A model generated the notes under the pieces. That model saw only the letters and a program-made list of their open reading frames with translations. It was not told where the DNA came from and made no database searches. Positions 12,688 to 24,948 of a DNA stretch of 64,000 nucleotides are shown here, one piece after another. The DNA is taken from assembly GCF_006345805.1 (NCBI RefSeq), contig NC_042999.1, positions 110,112,001-110,176,000 of the forward strand. Reading direction: 5' to 3'. A program made the position numbers and the translations under genes. Positions within the stretch are counted from its first letter, which is position 1, and each line of letters opens with the position of its first letter. The DNA comes from Octopus sinensis (taxonomy: Eukaryota).

Positions 12688-15031
12688 TTAAAATACTATA
12701 ATTCATAGGCTGAATTATAGGTGCTGAGACTCTACAACCTATGAGTCAACTTTCTGTGTCTTTTATTATTACAACACAGGTTCCTCAGAGAATAAAGATT
12801 TAATCATTCTCGAAAACCAATCTACTTCATTTAACTATTGCATACCCCTAATATATGACTTTTCCAAAGACCTACATTAATTACTCTGCCCAAATATACT
12901 TCGCAAGAACTACAGTGCTTTACTGATTCTTACCAGTTCACTTACTAAACTCTGGCTTTCTTGTAAACAATACCAAGTTTAATCCTACCAAAAGTCTTAT
13001 AAAAAAATGCAGAACCTAATAGACATATAACCAAACCTTGTCTGTCCTAAACAACCATGTGCACACACATACACACACACACAACTATTTACACAACAGA
13101 TATAATATGAAGGGCAGTCAGGCAATAAAACAAGCAATACATACAGATATAGTGGCATAAACTATGTGTGTGTGTGTGTGTATTTTACAGATTTAAAGTT
13201 TGGGCAAAGAAACTACACTTTGCTAGTTCCTTTAAGACAGGATATTTTGAACCTGTAAATGTTGGAAACACAGGTGAATTATTTCAAAATATTTCCATGT
13301 TATTCCAACATTTAAAACAAATTTAATCCATAACAATCAAACTAATTTCTCCATGATATATATTTATTGTCAAAGAATTACAGGTAGATAGTGTAATTGA
13401 AGAACATCTATGTTAAGTAAAATGCATATGTATAAAAGTAAAAAAAAAATTGCTTCATAATCTATTTTTAAAAATGCATACACACTTACTACAATAATAT
13501 ATACATGTAAATAAGCAAATATTTACATATATATTTTCTTAATAATATTATTAATTGAATAATATTAAGTGAATAAATACCTAATTAAACCAAGAATAAT
13601 AGTTTTGTAAAAGTTTGTTAATAAATGCAATCTTTAAATGGTACATTTGCAGGTGTACACATAATTACATGTAAACAACAAATGTTTGCAAATATTTTAA
13701 ATATAAAATAGTAGCTATCTTAATACACACATATTCATGTTTTTTATATAAGCATTTTTATATGATTTTATATATATATATTTAGATGCATGCAAGTGCA
13801 TGTCAGGTGAGGTTAAGTCAACTAAGCAAACACTTAAAAAAAAGAAAATTTGGGAGTAAGGGCACTATTTGGTATACAGCTTTTGACAAAGTTATGGAAA
13901 ATGAAATGGTACTGCATAGGAAATAAATGTAAGCTGTTTATTTTTGGTAGTCAATTGTTAGTAAGGAAGCAATGTAATCAAGGAATGAGAAATCAGATGT
14001 ATGTATAAATGTACAGGTAATATGGAAGTTTTAGAATATTAAAAGAAGATTCCCTATGATATATAAATTGTTAGATATCAATCTGAAATGAACCAGGTAT
14101 TCTTAAGGAAGGAAAAGAAGGCAATTCACCAATGGAAAATAATGTAGAGTCATGATGTGCTTCATGTCTTAAGTCTTTCCAGTTAGTCACATAATATTTA
14201 GTTAGGTAGGATTTAAACAGCTTTTTTAAATAAACATATACTTCATGAGAATATTTTCCCTGCTTTAGTGGAAGTCCAGTACAAACAAGGTTATGTTGAT
14301 GCAAATAGAGCTAATGACTTAATAATTAAATATCTTCTGTGTTGTAAAGTCAATGATTGAAAAAGCAATTATTTGTATAATGCATAATGTTTAGTATTTA
14401 TCCGTACAGTTTATCATATAAATATTACAGTTCATTTGAATAAATGACACTTCATAGTTTGCCTTTATATTGTTTAGAGGTGGTGCAGCTTCTAAACAAG
14501 AGATAAAACATAGAACCTCTAAACATTTGAAGATACTAAAGAAAATGAAGCAGTCCATAGAATCTGCACATAGAATAGAACTTCCCCAAACTGGCCCAAG
14601 CTTCCCTTATATAATTCTGATTAACTTAAATACTTATTTTATGTACTCCTATGTGGCATTATAACTATATACAAGACTATGTTGAAGTTGCCAAGTATGT
14701 ACTTTCATGATAACAATATCCAGAGTTTTGGTGTGTGCCAAAATGATATTTTATGATTAGCTTATTGAGTTCTCTTTTTAATCAAGCGCTTCCTAAAAAT
14801 TACAGTTAAAAACTCTCCATGTCAAGGCTCAAGAATATTTTCAACACAATATAAAGTAGCAAGCTGAAACTTCAAATTTTACTACCTCACTAGTTATTAT
14901 AGCTTAAATGGAGGTATTCTTTGAAGCATCAAATTGTATTGTTGAAAGAAAATGAACTGGTTAGCCAATAGCAAGTTAGTCAAACAATGCCAACACTCTA
15001 ATCATACCAATGGATGTTGATGTAGTCATTT

Positions 15032-15544
15032 TAGTAGATCCTCGACTATAATTCGAATTTTTTCCCCAGATTTAAAGGTCAGAATCCCTAGTACGTACTA
15101 TATATGAGGTTAAAAATGAAAATTATTTTCTAAGCAATGTCCGAGTCTCTATTGACTGTCCGGCAATGTTTATTCAGTTGCATTTTGTGATGTTGGGCGC
15201 GAAAATACCTTAAGCTAAACTTGAAAACAATGAAGTCATAAAAGAATCATCCATAACTTGCAATAAGCAACACTTATTAAACGTTATTACTGTTATTTCT
15301 TTATTTTCAGCAAACAAAATGCACAAAAAAGCTACACGTTTGCATTATGTTATATATACAATAATAATAAAGGAAGTTACTGTATACAGTTTTACAAACC
15401 AAGGACGTTATATAGACCTCCTTGACTCAAGTTAGAGAAGGGGTGCATATTATACACAAGGTTTAGGTTTTTCAGAGGTACAGCCCCCTAAAAATCCCCT
15501 GTGTATTATACTCAAGGGCGGACTATACTCGAAGATTCACAGTA
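15032..15544. mobile_element. pogo/Tigger-like non-autonomous DNA element
   Basis: Imperfect TIRs TAGTAGATCCTCGACTATA and GACTATACTCGAAGATTCACAGTA with TA ends; CpG retained inside a CpG-poor region. Confidence 0.55.
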
Positions 15545-16699
15545 TTAGTGATACCTTGAAACTACTAATTAGGCAACTTTGACATCATCATGAATATAAC
15601 TAGATGGTTGTGTGTTGTACAATATTTACATATACATATGAATAATACCTTACTGAAGTATGATAATTTATAATTGTTTTGTTTATACTGAGAACTTGTT
15701 GACCGATTAGTTCCAGGAAGTTCTCCATCAGCAGATTTTATAGATCTAGTTATTTTCTGAAAGAGAGGTTGTGTTTTTATTCAAATGAACTTTAATATTT
15801 ATGAAATAAATGTTTTCTACTAAATATCATTCAGTGTGAAAATGTTTATTGAGTTATAATTGCTACAAAAAAGTCATTACTTGTTTTTCCAGCACTGTAA
15901 AATATTCTCACAAAGTATATTTGTCCTTAAAAATCTATTTAGATTAGGGTATTCCTTATTTTAATTCTCATGCAAGAATTGAAAAAAAAAAAGAAAAAAA
16001 AGAGCAGACAAATCAACTTGTTTGATAAAATTAAGATGGTTTTTAATCTTTTTTTAACATGACCAACATAATTCTTTTTACTTGCTCTGTTTGGAGTGGA
16101 GGAAGGAAGAGTGCCCAGGACATTTGCAATCCCACAAAAAGAAATAATAAAGGAAAAGATTTCAAAATAACCAATATTCTAGAGAGGCAGGAAAGAGCAA
16201 AGTGGTTAGTGCAGAGGAAAAAGGGAGGAGAGAAGAGAGGGTTGGGGGAGCTTGAGTAGAGTGATAGAAAACACAGAAAAGACAGCACACCTGTAAGCCA
16301 GAGGCTGGAATGAGCTTGTTTGTTGGTGACTTAATGCCAATTCTAAAGCAGCCTAAAGAGGTCTATATATAAAGAAACCAATTATATTGAATGTACAATG
16401 TAAATTGTGTGTATCTGTATGCCAAGTTTCAACTATACTGAAAGTGATGCTGTTATTTTGCTACTTTACTGGGTGATCAGTCATGGAATCATTCTCTAGT
16501 CATATATCATTAAAATCTTTCATTTGCAAGTATTCCCATATAGATGAAAATTTTTCACCTATCTTATTATACAAGGCAGTTTTTCAGGAAGCTGTTTTGC
16601 AATTGGAGTTATGAGATTTTGACTTTTTAAAGTATTCATTTAAAGTTTGTCTTATTCTCAATAGCATGTCAATAATAATGAAACATCTATATCAACAGA

Positions 16700-18400
16700 G
16701 ATTTCAAAAAGGTTTGCTTACGATGCCACCATTTAGCAAGTTTCAGCAGATCAGTTTGAAGTACATAGTAAATCTTTGTAGATGCACTGTCATTGCAAGA
16801 TATTCTATTTTAGTAACCCATTACAAAAGAAACAGAAAAATTCCCTTTAAAACAATTCATGCTTCTAGTTTGAAGGGGAAATGTAATGAAACCTTCTAGT
16901 GATGTATATTTGTTGCCATGCTTCATCTAACATTTGTGTAATTCAGTAAATTTGTACTAAAATAAAATACCAGATTCCAATAGTTTGAAAGTGAACTGCA
17001 ATGTCCCAAATGTACAAAAATTGTAGCTTCCTCTACACTTGGATCAAGATTAGATTTCTGAAGAAGGAACTGGAAACTTTACTCTTCTATAGGGTTCATC
17101 CAATGATATCAGAGCAAGCGAGCAAGCTTCTGAAAACAATTATATTACATTTCATTAACTATTAAAAAAGTTATACATATCTTGATTGGGTAGTTTTACA
17201 AAAATCTTATGCAAATGGAATTGTAGACGTTTTTAAAAGCAAAAGCTAGAAGCAAAGAAAATAAATATTATATAAGAATCTGTTGGTAATTAGAACAATG
17301 TCATTGCCATAGTAGGTGTTAACAATAGTATCTAACAGAAGTCCTATTATTACAACTGCTTAGATATGTGAAAACATTTTTGGCAATTAATATTATATCC
17401 TACTTATACTGATTGAACTCTCTACTTGTATTCTCTAGAAAATTAAAACACTTCAGCAGAAACTTATCAATTAATTTTCTTATTCTTTCAACTAGACAAA
17501 TTGATTATAACCAGATATACCTTGCTATTTATATATAAAAAAAATTAATTGTACAAGATGAAATCCCTGTGCATAATTTTGAATCAGTGGTTTGTGATAC
17601 AAGCTCACATTAAAATTATGTGTTCAATATATGAAAGGTATTAATTAAAAGAATATGCTTTATTTTAAAATTTTTACACTCAGTTTTAAAGCTTGTTTAA
17701 GAAGTTAAACTTGAGTCAAATTTAGTTATTGACAAAGTTTTACAATTTGATTAAATCCACTGGAATTGTCTTACTGCAAAACAGACCCTACTGATCTTGA
17801 CTGGAGAATTTTGGGATCCAAACTCTAATCTTGGACAGAGATTTGAAAGAAAAATAGTGGAAAAGATGCCGAAGAATATAACTAATGATGAAGGAAAATA
17901 TACTAGGAAACTCTCAAAATTTTCTTTTCTGTGTTTGCAAACAGCTTAAACAACAATTTCCAGAAAATTTTGAAATATTGAAGAAAATTGAATGTATTTC
18001 TGTTAAAAAATATTTTGTGAAATGTAAATGAACCAATTATTCCAATTTTGAAATCAATGAAATTAAGTGATGATGATATAGCAATTGCTGAATAATGATA
18101 TAATAGCATTCATCTAGATGAATGGATCAATATTACCAATATAGAAAAATTTGACAACATTTATTACAAAAATGCTACTGGAAGAAATCCCCTCAGAGAT
18201 GTTGCAACATTTGTTCTTAATCACTTAACAGTACACAGTTCAAATACTGAAGCAGAAAGATTACGCAAAATGTGAATGTTATCAAAACAAAATGAAAGAA
18301 ATCAGACAATGTTCAATATTTGGAGTCATTCTCTTTCTAGAATATAACCTAAAACAGCATGATAAATGCTGCAAAAATTGTTTATATAAAGCAACACTAA
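16700..18400 (+). mobile_element. Fossil hAT-superfamily transposase
   Basis: Remnants in expected order: CRCTVIARYSILVTHYKR (Zn-finger-like), PKCTKIVA, FTLL*GSSNDIR (first catalytic-D region, from 17078), NNVIAIVGVNNS, and dimerisation-domain YKNATGRNPLRDVATFVLNHLTVHSSNTEAERL (~18163-18265); many stops and frameshifts. Confidence 0.7.
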
Positions 18401-18555
18401 ATAAAACTGGCTTGGTAGACACATATCTAGCTCAGAAACAAAATAGCAATCCTGGAAATACTGAGTTTCAATGATTTAGAAGATTTATTAGTTACCGTTT
18501 CAGATATATTACCAAAAATGTAATTTCTATTATTCTTTTAAAATAAAGTAACTAG

Positions 18556-18810
18556 CATTTTTTTGGCATGTAAAAAGCACCATCTGATCGTGGCCGTTTG
18601 CCAGCCTCGTCTGGCACCTGTGCCAGTGACACGTAAAAAGCACCCACTACACTCACAGAGTGGTTGGCGTTAAGAAGGGCATCCAGCCATAGAAACACTG
18701 CCAGATCAGACTGGGCCTGGTGCAGCCTTCTGGCTTCCCAGACCCCAGTTGAACCATCCAACCCATGCAAGCATGGAAAGTGGACGTTAAACGATGATGA
18801 TGATGATGAT
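18556..18810 (+). mobile_element. SINE family C with (GAT)n tail (RTE-type 3' end)
   Basis: GGTTGGCGTTAAGAAGGGCATCCAGC core...CCATGCAAGCATGGAAAGTGGACGTTAAACGATGATGAT; more copies at ~25505-25785(-), 55790-56000(+), 56090-56250(+), 58420-58690(-), 59165-59340(-). Confidence 0.8.
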
Positions 18811-20394
18811 TTTATCCTCATTTTGTTAGATGTCTAGCACTAAACTTTCACTTATATCTGACAACATTGGTTCTAAACACAAGTTTAATAATCGTTTCTA
18901 ATTTAGACACAGGGTTTCTTGATGCCAGCAGCCACCATATACATTTGACTTGTAATTTATTTTATCAGCACCAGCGGGATGAAAGGTAAAGTTGACTTCA
19001 GCAGGATTTCAACTTTAAAAGTAAAGAGCTGAGAATTTGGTCCACTGCTCTAATAATTCTGCCAATTGATCACCTTTGGTTCCAAATACCAGCTTAATAA
19101 TTAATTGTCAAAATTGATCAAACGGAAAAAAGAAAGCCAGAATATTTCATTAGAAACATATGATCACAAAATGGCTGAAGTCTCTTCAATTTTTTTACAT
19201 GAAGATGGGAAAATAGTTACGACCTAGTTTGAGCATTATTTTTCCTTACGAAAACGCAAGAAAACTTATGAAAAACTTAGAAGAGAGAAGTCTGAAAAAT
19301 CAATGCAGAATATAGCTTGCTTTAGATAATGGCGTAAGTTGGAGCTTTGAGGATTTCTTGTTACTTATAGCTAAGAAAAAATAAAAATACTTTTAGCCTT
19401 ATACTATGTGTTATATAAAAATGTTTTAAAAAATAAAGTCACATTTTGACTCAAATTGTTTGTATTGTTACTATGGTGTTGTGTGAGAAGTAATTTTTTT
19501 TTTGAGCTGAACAACAACAAATAACTGAAAAATCTTTCTGTTAATACAAAAAAACAGTAAGATAAAAATTTCTGAGAGAGAAACACAACCAAGCTTGTTC
19601 CAAATTAAGCTCAATTTTTTTTTTTTGTCTTTTTGTTAGAATTCTTCAAGATATTACCTAAATTTACAACTTGTTCTTTACAATATGACCAACAGAATTC
19701 TTCACACATGAAATACCAAATGTTGGGTTTTGAATGTTTAGAAAGAGATTTGACTATCAGTCAATGACTCATAAAAATTAGAAAATGAAGTAATATCTTT
19801 CTAAATTAATTTCAAAGTTTTTTTTTTTTTAGATGCAATGAGGCAGTCTACAAAGAATGGTAGGTGCTTTCAAAATATGATTAACTATTTAAGAATAAAA
19901 GTACTTCCTGATCAACATTCATTACATACTTGAAGTGTTAAAAAGAAGCATGACAGAAAGTATACTTTGCTAAGTTAGCTTCAAGAATCAAAGTTTCATA
20001 AATGTTTTCATATCAAATGAGACATTTTGATCATGTGACCAGATTCCTATTGAATATGAAAGAACACAACAATGAAATAGATTTTTATCAGATACTATCG
20101 TCAACAATCAAGTTTCTTTATTTTTGGACAAAGTCTTTTGAAGGTCAATTAAAATAATACATGCAACGAATCAGAGTCAAGAAACTTTCACTTGTCAGAC
20201 TTTACCATTCTACACTATTTTGATCAGTTTATTTTCTTAGTTGTTTCACCTACACTATACATATACACACACAAATGCAGACACATGTAAATAAATATAT
20301 ATATATATGCTTGTATGCGTGTGTGTGTACATAAATATGTATGTATATATTGGATATATGTATATGTATATAAATGTGTTGTATATGTGTGTAT

Positions 20395-20757
20395 CACAGG
20401 AGTGGTTGTGTGGTAAGTAGCTTGCTTACCAACCACATGGTTCTGAGTTCAGTCCCACTACATGGCACCTTGGGCAAGTGTCTTCTACTATAGCCTCGGG
20501 CTAACCAAAGCCTTGTGAGTGGATTTGGTGGACAGAAACTGAAAGAAGCCTGTCTTATATATATGTGTGTGTGTGTGTAAGTATATGTTCGTGTGCCTGT
20601 GCTTGTTCCCCCAACATCGCTTGACAACTGATGCTGGTGTGTTTACGTCCCTGTCACTTAGCAGTTCGGCAAGGTAGATCGATAGAATAAGTCCTGGGGT
20701 CGATTTGCTTAACTAAAGGCGGTGCTCCGGCATGGCCACAGTCAACTGACTGAAACA
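20395..20757 (+). mobile_element. CORE-type tRNA SINE, family A
   Basis: CAGGAGTGGTTGTGTGGTAAGTAGCTTGCTTACCAACC head, CATGGCACCTTGGGCAAGTGTCTT CORE-like block, internal TA/TG tract. Confidence 0.85.
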
Positions 20758-21272
20758 AATATACTGATGTTTGTTTTTATGTTACAATTAAAACATTACA
20801 TTGAATGATTACTCATCACATTTTGTAGAGTACAAATTTACTATTCTTTAACAAGAACAATACTGACAAGTGACTTTGAAGTCACTGTCAACACTATTCT
20901 TGTTAGAGAATAATAAATACACACACACACGCACACACACATGTATGCATACTTATATATATGCATTCTCATACACACACATCCTTAAACTAGATTTGAG
21001 GTCTAAACTTTTACCTTTAATATCAAATATTGAGAACGTCACAACTTCATTTTCTTATTTGACATGAAACTGGAGTTTCATGTTTATACATATCAGTATA
21101 TACATATCTTATACAATTGACCTGCAATTATGTGCAGGCACCCACATATAAGCACATTAATTGTTTGGTGGTGATACATAACTATTTTAACCATGGGTGT
21201 GTGAAAAACACATACAAACACATACATAATCTTTCACATTTTATACGTATATATATATATATATATATATAT

Positions 21273-21807
21273 TATGTGAAATAGAAAGATGAATAATCTT
21301 GTAGTAGATTAATCAAAAGTTTAACCGATACCTTAGTAGCAAAAATGTTTTCTACCCCTACGCCAACACACACATATATAGAACAGTATACACACACACA
21401 CGTCTCTAAGTAGATTTTTTCTCGCCCCTTATAAAACATCCAATATTCCTTAAATAGTCAGAACTTTATGCTCGGTCACAAAGAACATCTATACACCCTC
21501 ACCCACATGATTGACCGATGCCTGACCCGTTGAATTCTTCAGCCACTGGTTCTCAACATACACTGATAAACAGTTTCGCCATGGGCTCTTAGGAGCATAG
21601 TTCGATTTGCTTTTGCTCCGCCTCTGTTCTGTTTTTGTTTTTCCAGCGGATTTCCTTTTTTCTTCCTGAAGAGAAAGACACAATATGGTCCCATTATTCA
21701 ATCGGATTTTGGTAATTTGTGCCTTTCGAAACACGTGTAGAATGAAATAAAACGATTTCTGTTCAATCTGCGTTCAGCTCCATTTCTTCAATTCACCAAT
21801 AATGTTT
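21273..21807 (+). mobile_element. Non-coding hammerhead-bearing cassette between (TA)n tracts (Penelope-like pLTR or retrozyme-like)
   Basis: About 535 bp, CpG-retaining, bounded by TA repeats at 21247-21272 and from 21808; contains a canonical HHR; boundaries inferred. Confidence 0.55.
21663..21742 (+). ncRNA. Type I hammerhead ribozyme with fully canonical core
   Basis: Stem I TTC/GAA (extendable); CTGAAGA 21666-21672; stem II GAAAG-A-CACAA/TTGTG-C-CTTTC with G10.1-C11.1; GAAA 21728-21731; palindromic stem III ACACGTGT; GUA triplet ending at 21739. Confidence 0.85.
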
Positions 21808-21819
21808 TATATATATATA

Positions 21820-21867
<48 letters not shown>

Positions 21868-21946
21868 TATATATAATATATATATATATAATATATATGT
21901 ATATATATGTATGCATGTATATATATATATATGTGTGTGTGTGTAT

Positions 21947-22028
<82 letters not shown>

Positions 22029-22085
22029 GTATATATATCTATACAATTATATATATATATATATGTATATATGTATATATCTATA

Positions 22086-22133
<48 letters not shown>
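21808..22133. repeat. Compound (TA)n/(TG)n microsatellite
   Basis: Seen directly; source of the IY-repeat ORFs. Confidence 0.95.
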
Positions 22134-22135
<2 letters not shown>

Positions 22136-22976
22136 CACATCCATCCATAAACAAATATTTTATGTCTATATACATGCATGTACGATTATGCATAGATAAT
22201 CACATCAGTAAAAAGATATGCAATGCACACAGGCATGATACACATGCATTTATTACAGATTTATACACATGCATAGTGCATCATGCAGGCAACAAAAACA
22301 TTTTCATTATTGTATAAGATGTGGCTTAACTATGTACAACTAAACTATGATATTTGTGCATGAATGCAGACAAAAACATCAGTTATGACAAAATTCACAC
22401 AGGCATGATACACATGCATTTATTACAGATTTATACACATGCATAGTGCATCATGCAGGCAACAAAAACATTTTCATTATTGTATAAGATGTGGCTTAAC
22501 TATGTACAACTAAACTATGATATTTGTGCATGAATGCAGACAAAAACATCAGTTATGACAAAATTCTTTCTTCAACATGGCATAATCTCCCAACTATCTC
22601 AATTTTTATATTGCTGTTCTATAACTCCAGATAATTGGCACTACACCTGCTTCAATGAACTGATGCTGTAGAATGGAAATGTCACCACTCAGATCCCTAC
22701 AAGAAAAAACAAACAGCTTTACCCCACTTAATAACAAATATAAGAAATACGTAAAAAAAATCTTCAGTACTTATCTTTAATATCAAATTTTATAGCAGTG
22801 TTTTACATTTTTTAAGTTAGTCAAAGGACGAAATTACCACGTTTTTCAAAATTTGTTAAAAAACAAAATACAAAACAAAACAAGCTGTCTGTCTGTCTCT
22901 GTATACATACATACATACAAATATATATATATATATACAAGTATGTATATATATATATATATATGTGTGTGTGTAT

Positions 22977-23007
<31 letters not shown>

Positions 23008-23049
23008 ATATATATATATATATGTATATATAATATATATGTATATATA

Positions 23050-23091
<42 letters not shown>

Positions 23092-23138
23092 ATATACAAA
23101 TATGTATATATATATATGTATATATGTATATATCTATA

Positions 23139-23190
<52 letters not shown>

Positions 23191-23995
23191 CACATCCATC
23201 CATAAACAAATATTTTATGTCTATATACATGCATGTACGATTATGCATAGATAATCACATCAGTAAAAAGATATGCAATGCACACAGGCATGATACACAT
23301 GCATTTATTACAGATTTATACACATGCATAGTGCATCATGCAGGCAACAAAAACATTTTCATTATTGTATAGGATGTGGCTTAACTATGTACAACTAAAC
23401 TATGATATTTGTGCATGAATGCAGACAAAAACATCAGTTATGACAAAATTCACACAGGCATGATACACATGCATTTATTACAGATTTATACACATGCATA
23501 GTGCATCATGCAAGCAACAAAAACATTTTCATTATTGTATAAGATGTGGCTTAACTATGTACAACTAAACTATGATATTTGTGCATGAATGCAGACAAAA
23601 ACATCAGTTATGACAAAATTCTTTCTTCAACATGGCATAATCTCCCAACTATCTCAATTTTTATATTGCTGTTCTATAACTCCAGATAATTGGCACTACA
23701 CCTGCTTCAATGAACTGATGCTGTAGAATGGAAATGTCACCACTCAGATCCCTACAAGAAAAAACAAACAGCTTTACCCCACTTAATAACAAATATAAGA
23801 AATACGTAAAAAAAATCTTCAGTACTTATCTTTAATATCAAATTTTATAGCAGTGTTTTACATTTTTTAAGTTAGTCAAAGGACGAAATTACCACGTTTT
23901 TCAAAATTTGTTAAAAAACAAAATACAAAACAAAACAAGCTGTCTGTCTGTCTCTGTATACATACATACATACAAATATATATATATATATACAA
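22134..23995. repeat. Tandem duplication, period 1055 bp, each unit with an internal 170-bp tandem duplication
   Basis: AGCACATCC starts at 22134 and 23189; 170-bp subunits start at 22226/22396 and 23281/23451; two substitutions seen in the second unit. Confidence 0.95.
22647..22696 (-). CDS. Candidate 50-nt exon (DLSGDISILQHQFIEAG), duplicated at 23702-23751
   Basis: Strong acceptor GCTGTTTGTTTTTTCTTGTAG, only one open frame, weak GTGTAG donor; no homology recognised. Confidence 0.2.
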
Positions 23996-24124
23996 ATATG
24001 TATATATATAAACATATATATATATATGTATGTATACAGATACATACATATATGTGTGTGCGCATGTGTGTGTGTATATATATACATGTATATATATACA
24101 TATATATATATATATATACATATA

Positions 24125-24716
24125 ACATTATATATAAGGGCTTAGTAAAATAAATTACTTTGCCACATACTGAACTCATTAGAAATAGCAGCTAAAGAAA
24201 TTTCTTCAGCTATTTCTAATACTTAAAGAAGATCTCTCTCAGATAGTGTTTGCCTAAACTAACTCACAAAAGTATGGGGGAAAAAACATTAAAAAATCAA
24301 GTGCAAAGGTTATTTGAGAACGTACGTTTCTAGATAGTCAATTCGACATTTCTTTCTTCAGCTCAGAATCCTTGAATCGGATTTGGGAACACTGAAAGTC
24401 GGGAGCATACCCTTTCGGCTTCTAATCACCTCTAGAATTCTGCTTGAACTAAAAGTGCTATCAAATTCGAATATGCAAGCGAAGAATTTCTGCTCTCCCC
24501 TTTCCACCAGCGTGGGTTAAAATTGACAAACACCATGTATAACGGTGAAAACCGCAGAATTTAGCAGAGAGAGATGAATTATAATTTCAACAATTGAGGG
24601 TAAAATTAATTAATTATTAATCAATTTCACCAAGTATTCAGTATGTAAAGGGACCATTATAGGCGAATTCAAAATATTACATTATATATAAGGGCTTAGT
24701 AAAATAAATTACTTTG
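24125..24716 (-). mobile_element. 554-bp hammerhead-bearing unit with a 38-bp terminal direct repeat, embedded in (TA)n
   Basis: ACATTATATATAAGGGCTTAGTAAAATAAATTACTTTG exact at 24125-24162 and 24679-24716; microsatellite on both sides; HHR inside. Confidence 0.75.
24315..24365 (-). ncRNA. Type I minimal hammerhead ribozyme
   Basis: Minus strand: stem I TGAG/CTCA; CTGAAGA; imperfect stem II (AGA/TCT plus GTC/GAC); GAAA; palindromic stem III ACGTACGT; GUU triplet. Confidence 0.75.
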
Positions 24717-24908
24717 GTGGGTATATATACATATATATACACATATATATATATAAAATATATATATATATGTATGTATACATACATATATATGTCAGTA
24801 TATATACATATATATGTATATACACATATATATATATATTTATATACATATGTATATATACATATATATATATATGTGCATATATATATACATATATATA
24901 TATATGTG

Positions 24909-24948
<40 letters not shown>

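Noticed and set aside
16975-17130. Apparent minus-strand terminal exon ACSLALISLDEPYRRVKFPVPSSEI*
   Set aside because: It is the antisense of the hAT transposase first-catalytic-D region.
20849-20905. 57-nt imperfect hairpin (pre-miRNA-like)
   Set aside because: Such hairpins are common in AT-rich DNA; no expression or conservation evidence is available.
21555-21600. Antisense CTAAGA-GCC/GGC-GAAAC hammerhead-like motif
   Set aside because: It lacks G5 and has no stem I pairing; likely chance.
21489-21734. 81-aa minus-strand ORF or CpG-rich 'first exon', including an in-frame TGA after MAKLFISVC suggesting a selenoprotein
   Set aside because: The segment is better explained as the hammerhead cassette; the peptide matches no selenoprotein motif I know and no SECIS was identified.
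24440-24540. Minus-strand peptide GKGRAEILRLHIR resembling GST or AAA-ATPase lid motifs
   Set aside because: No splice acceptor or start, an immediate stop, and it lies inside the non-coding HHR unit.
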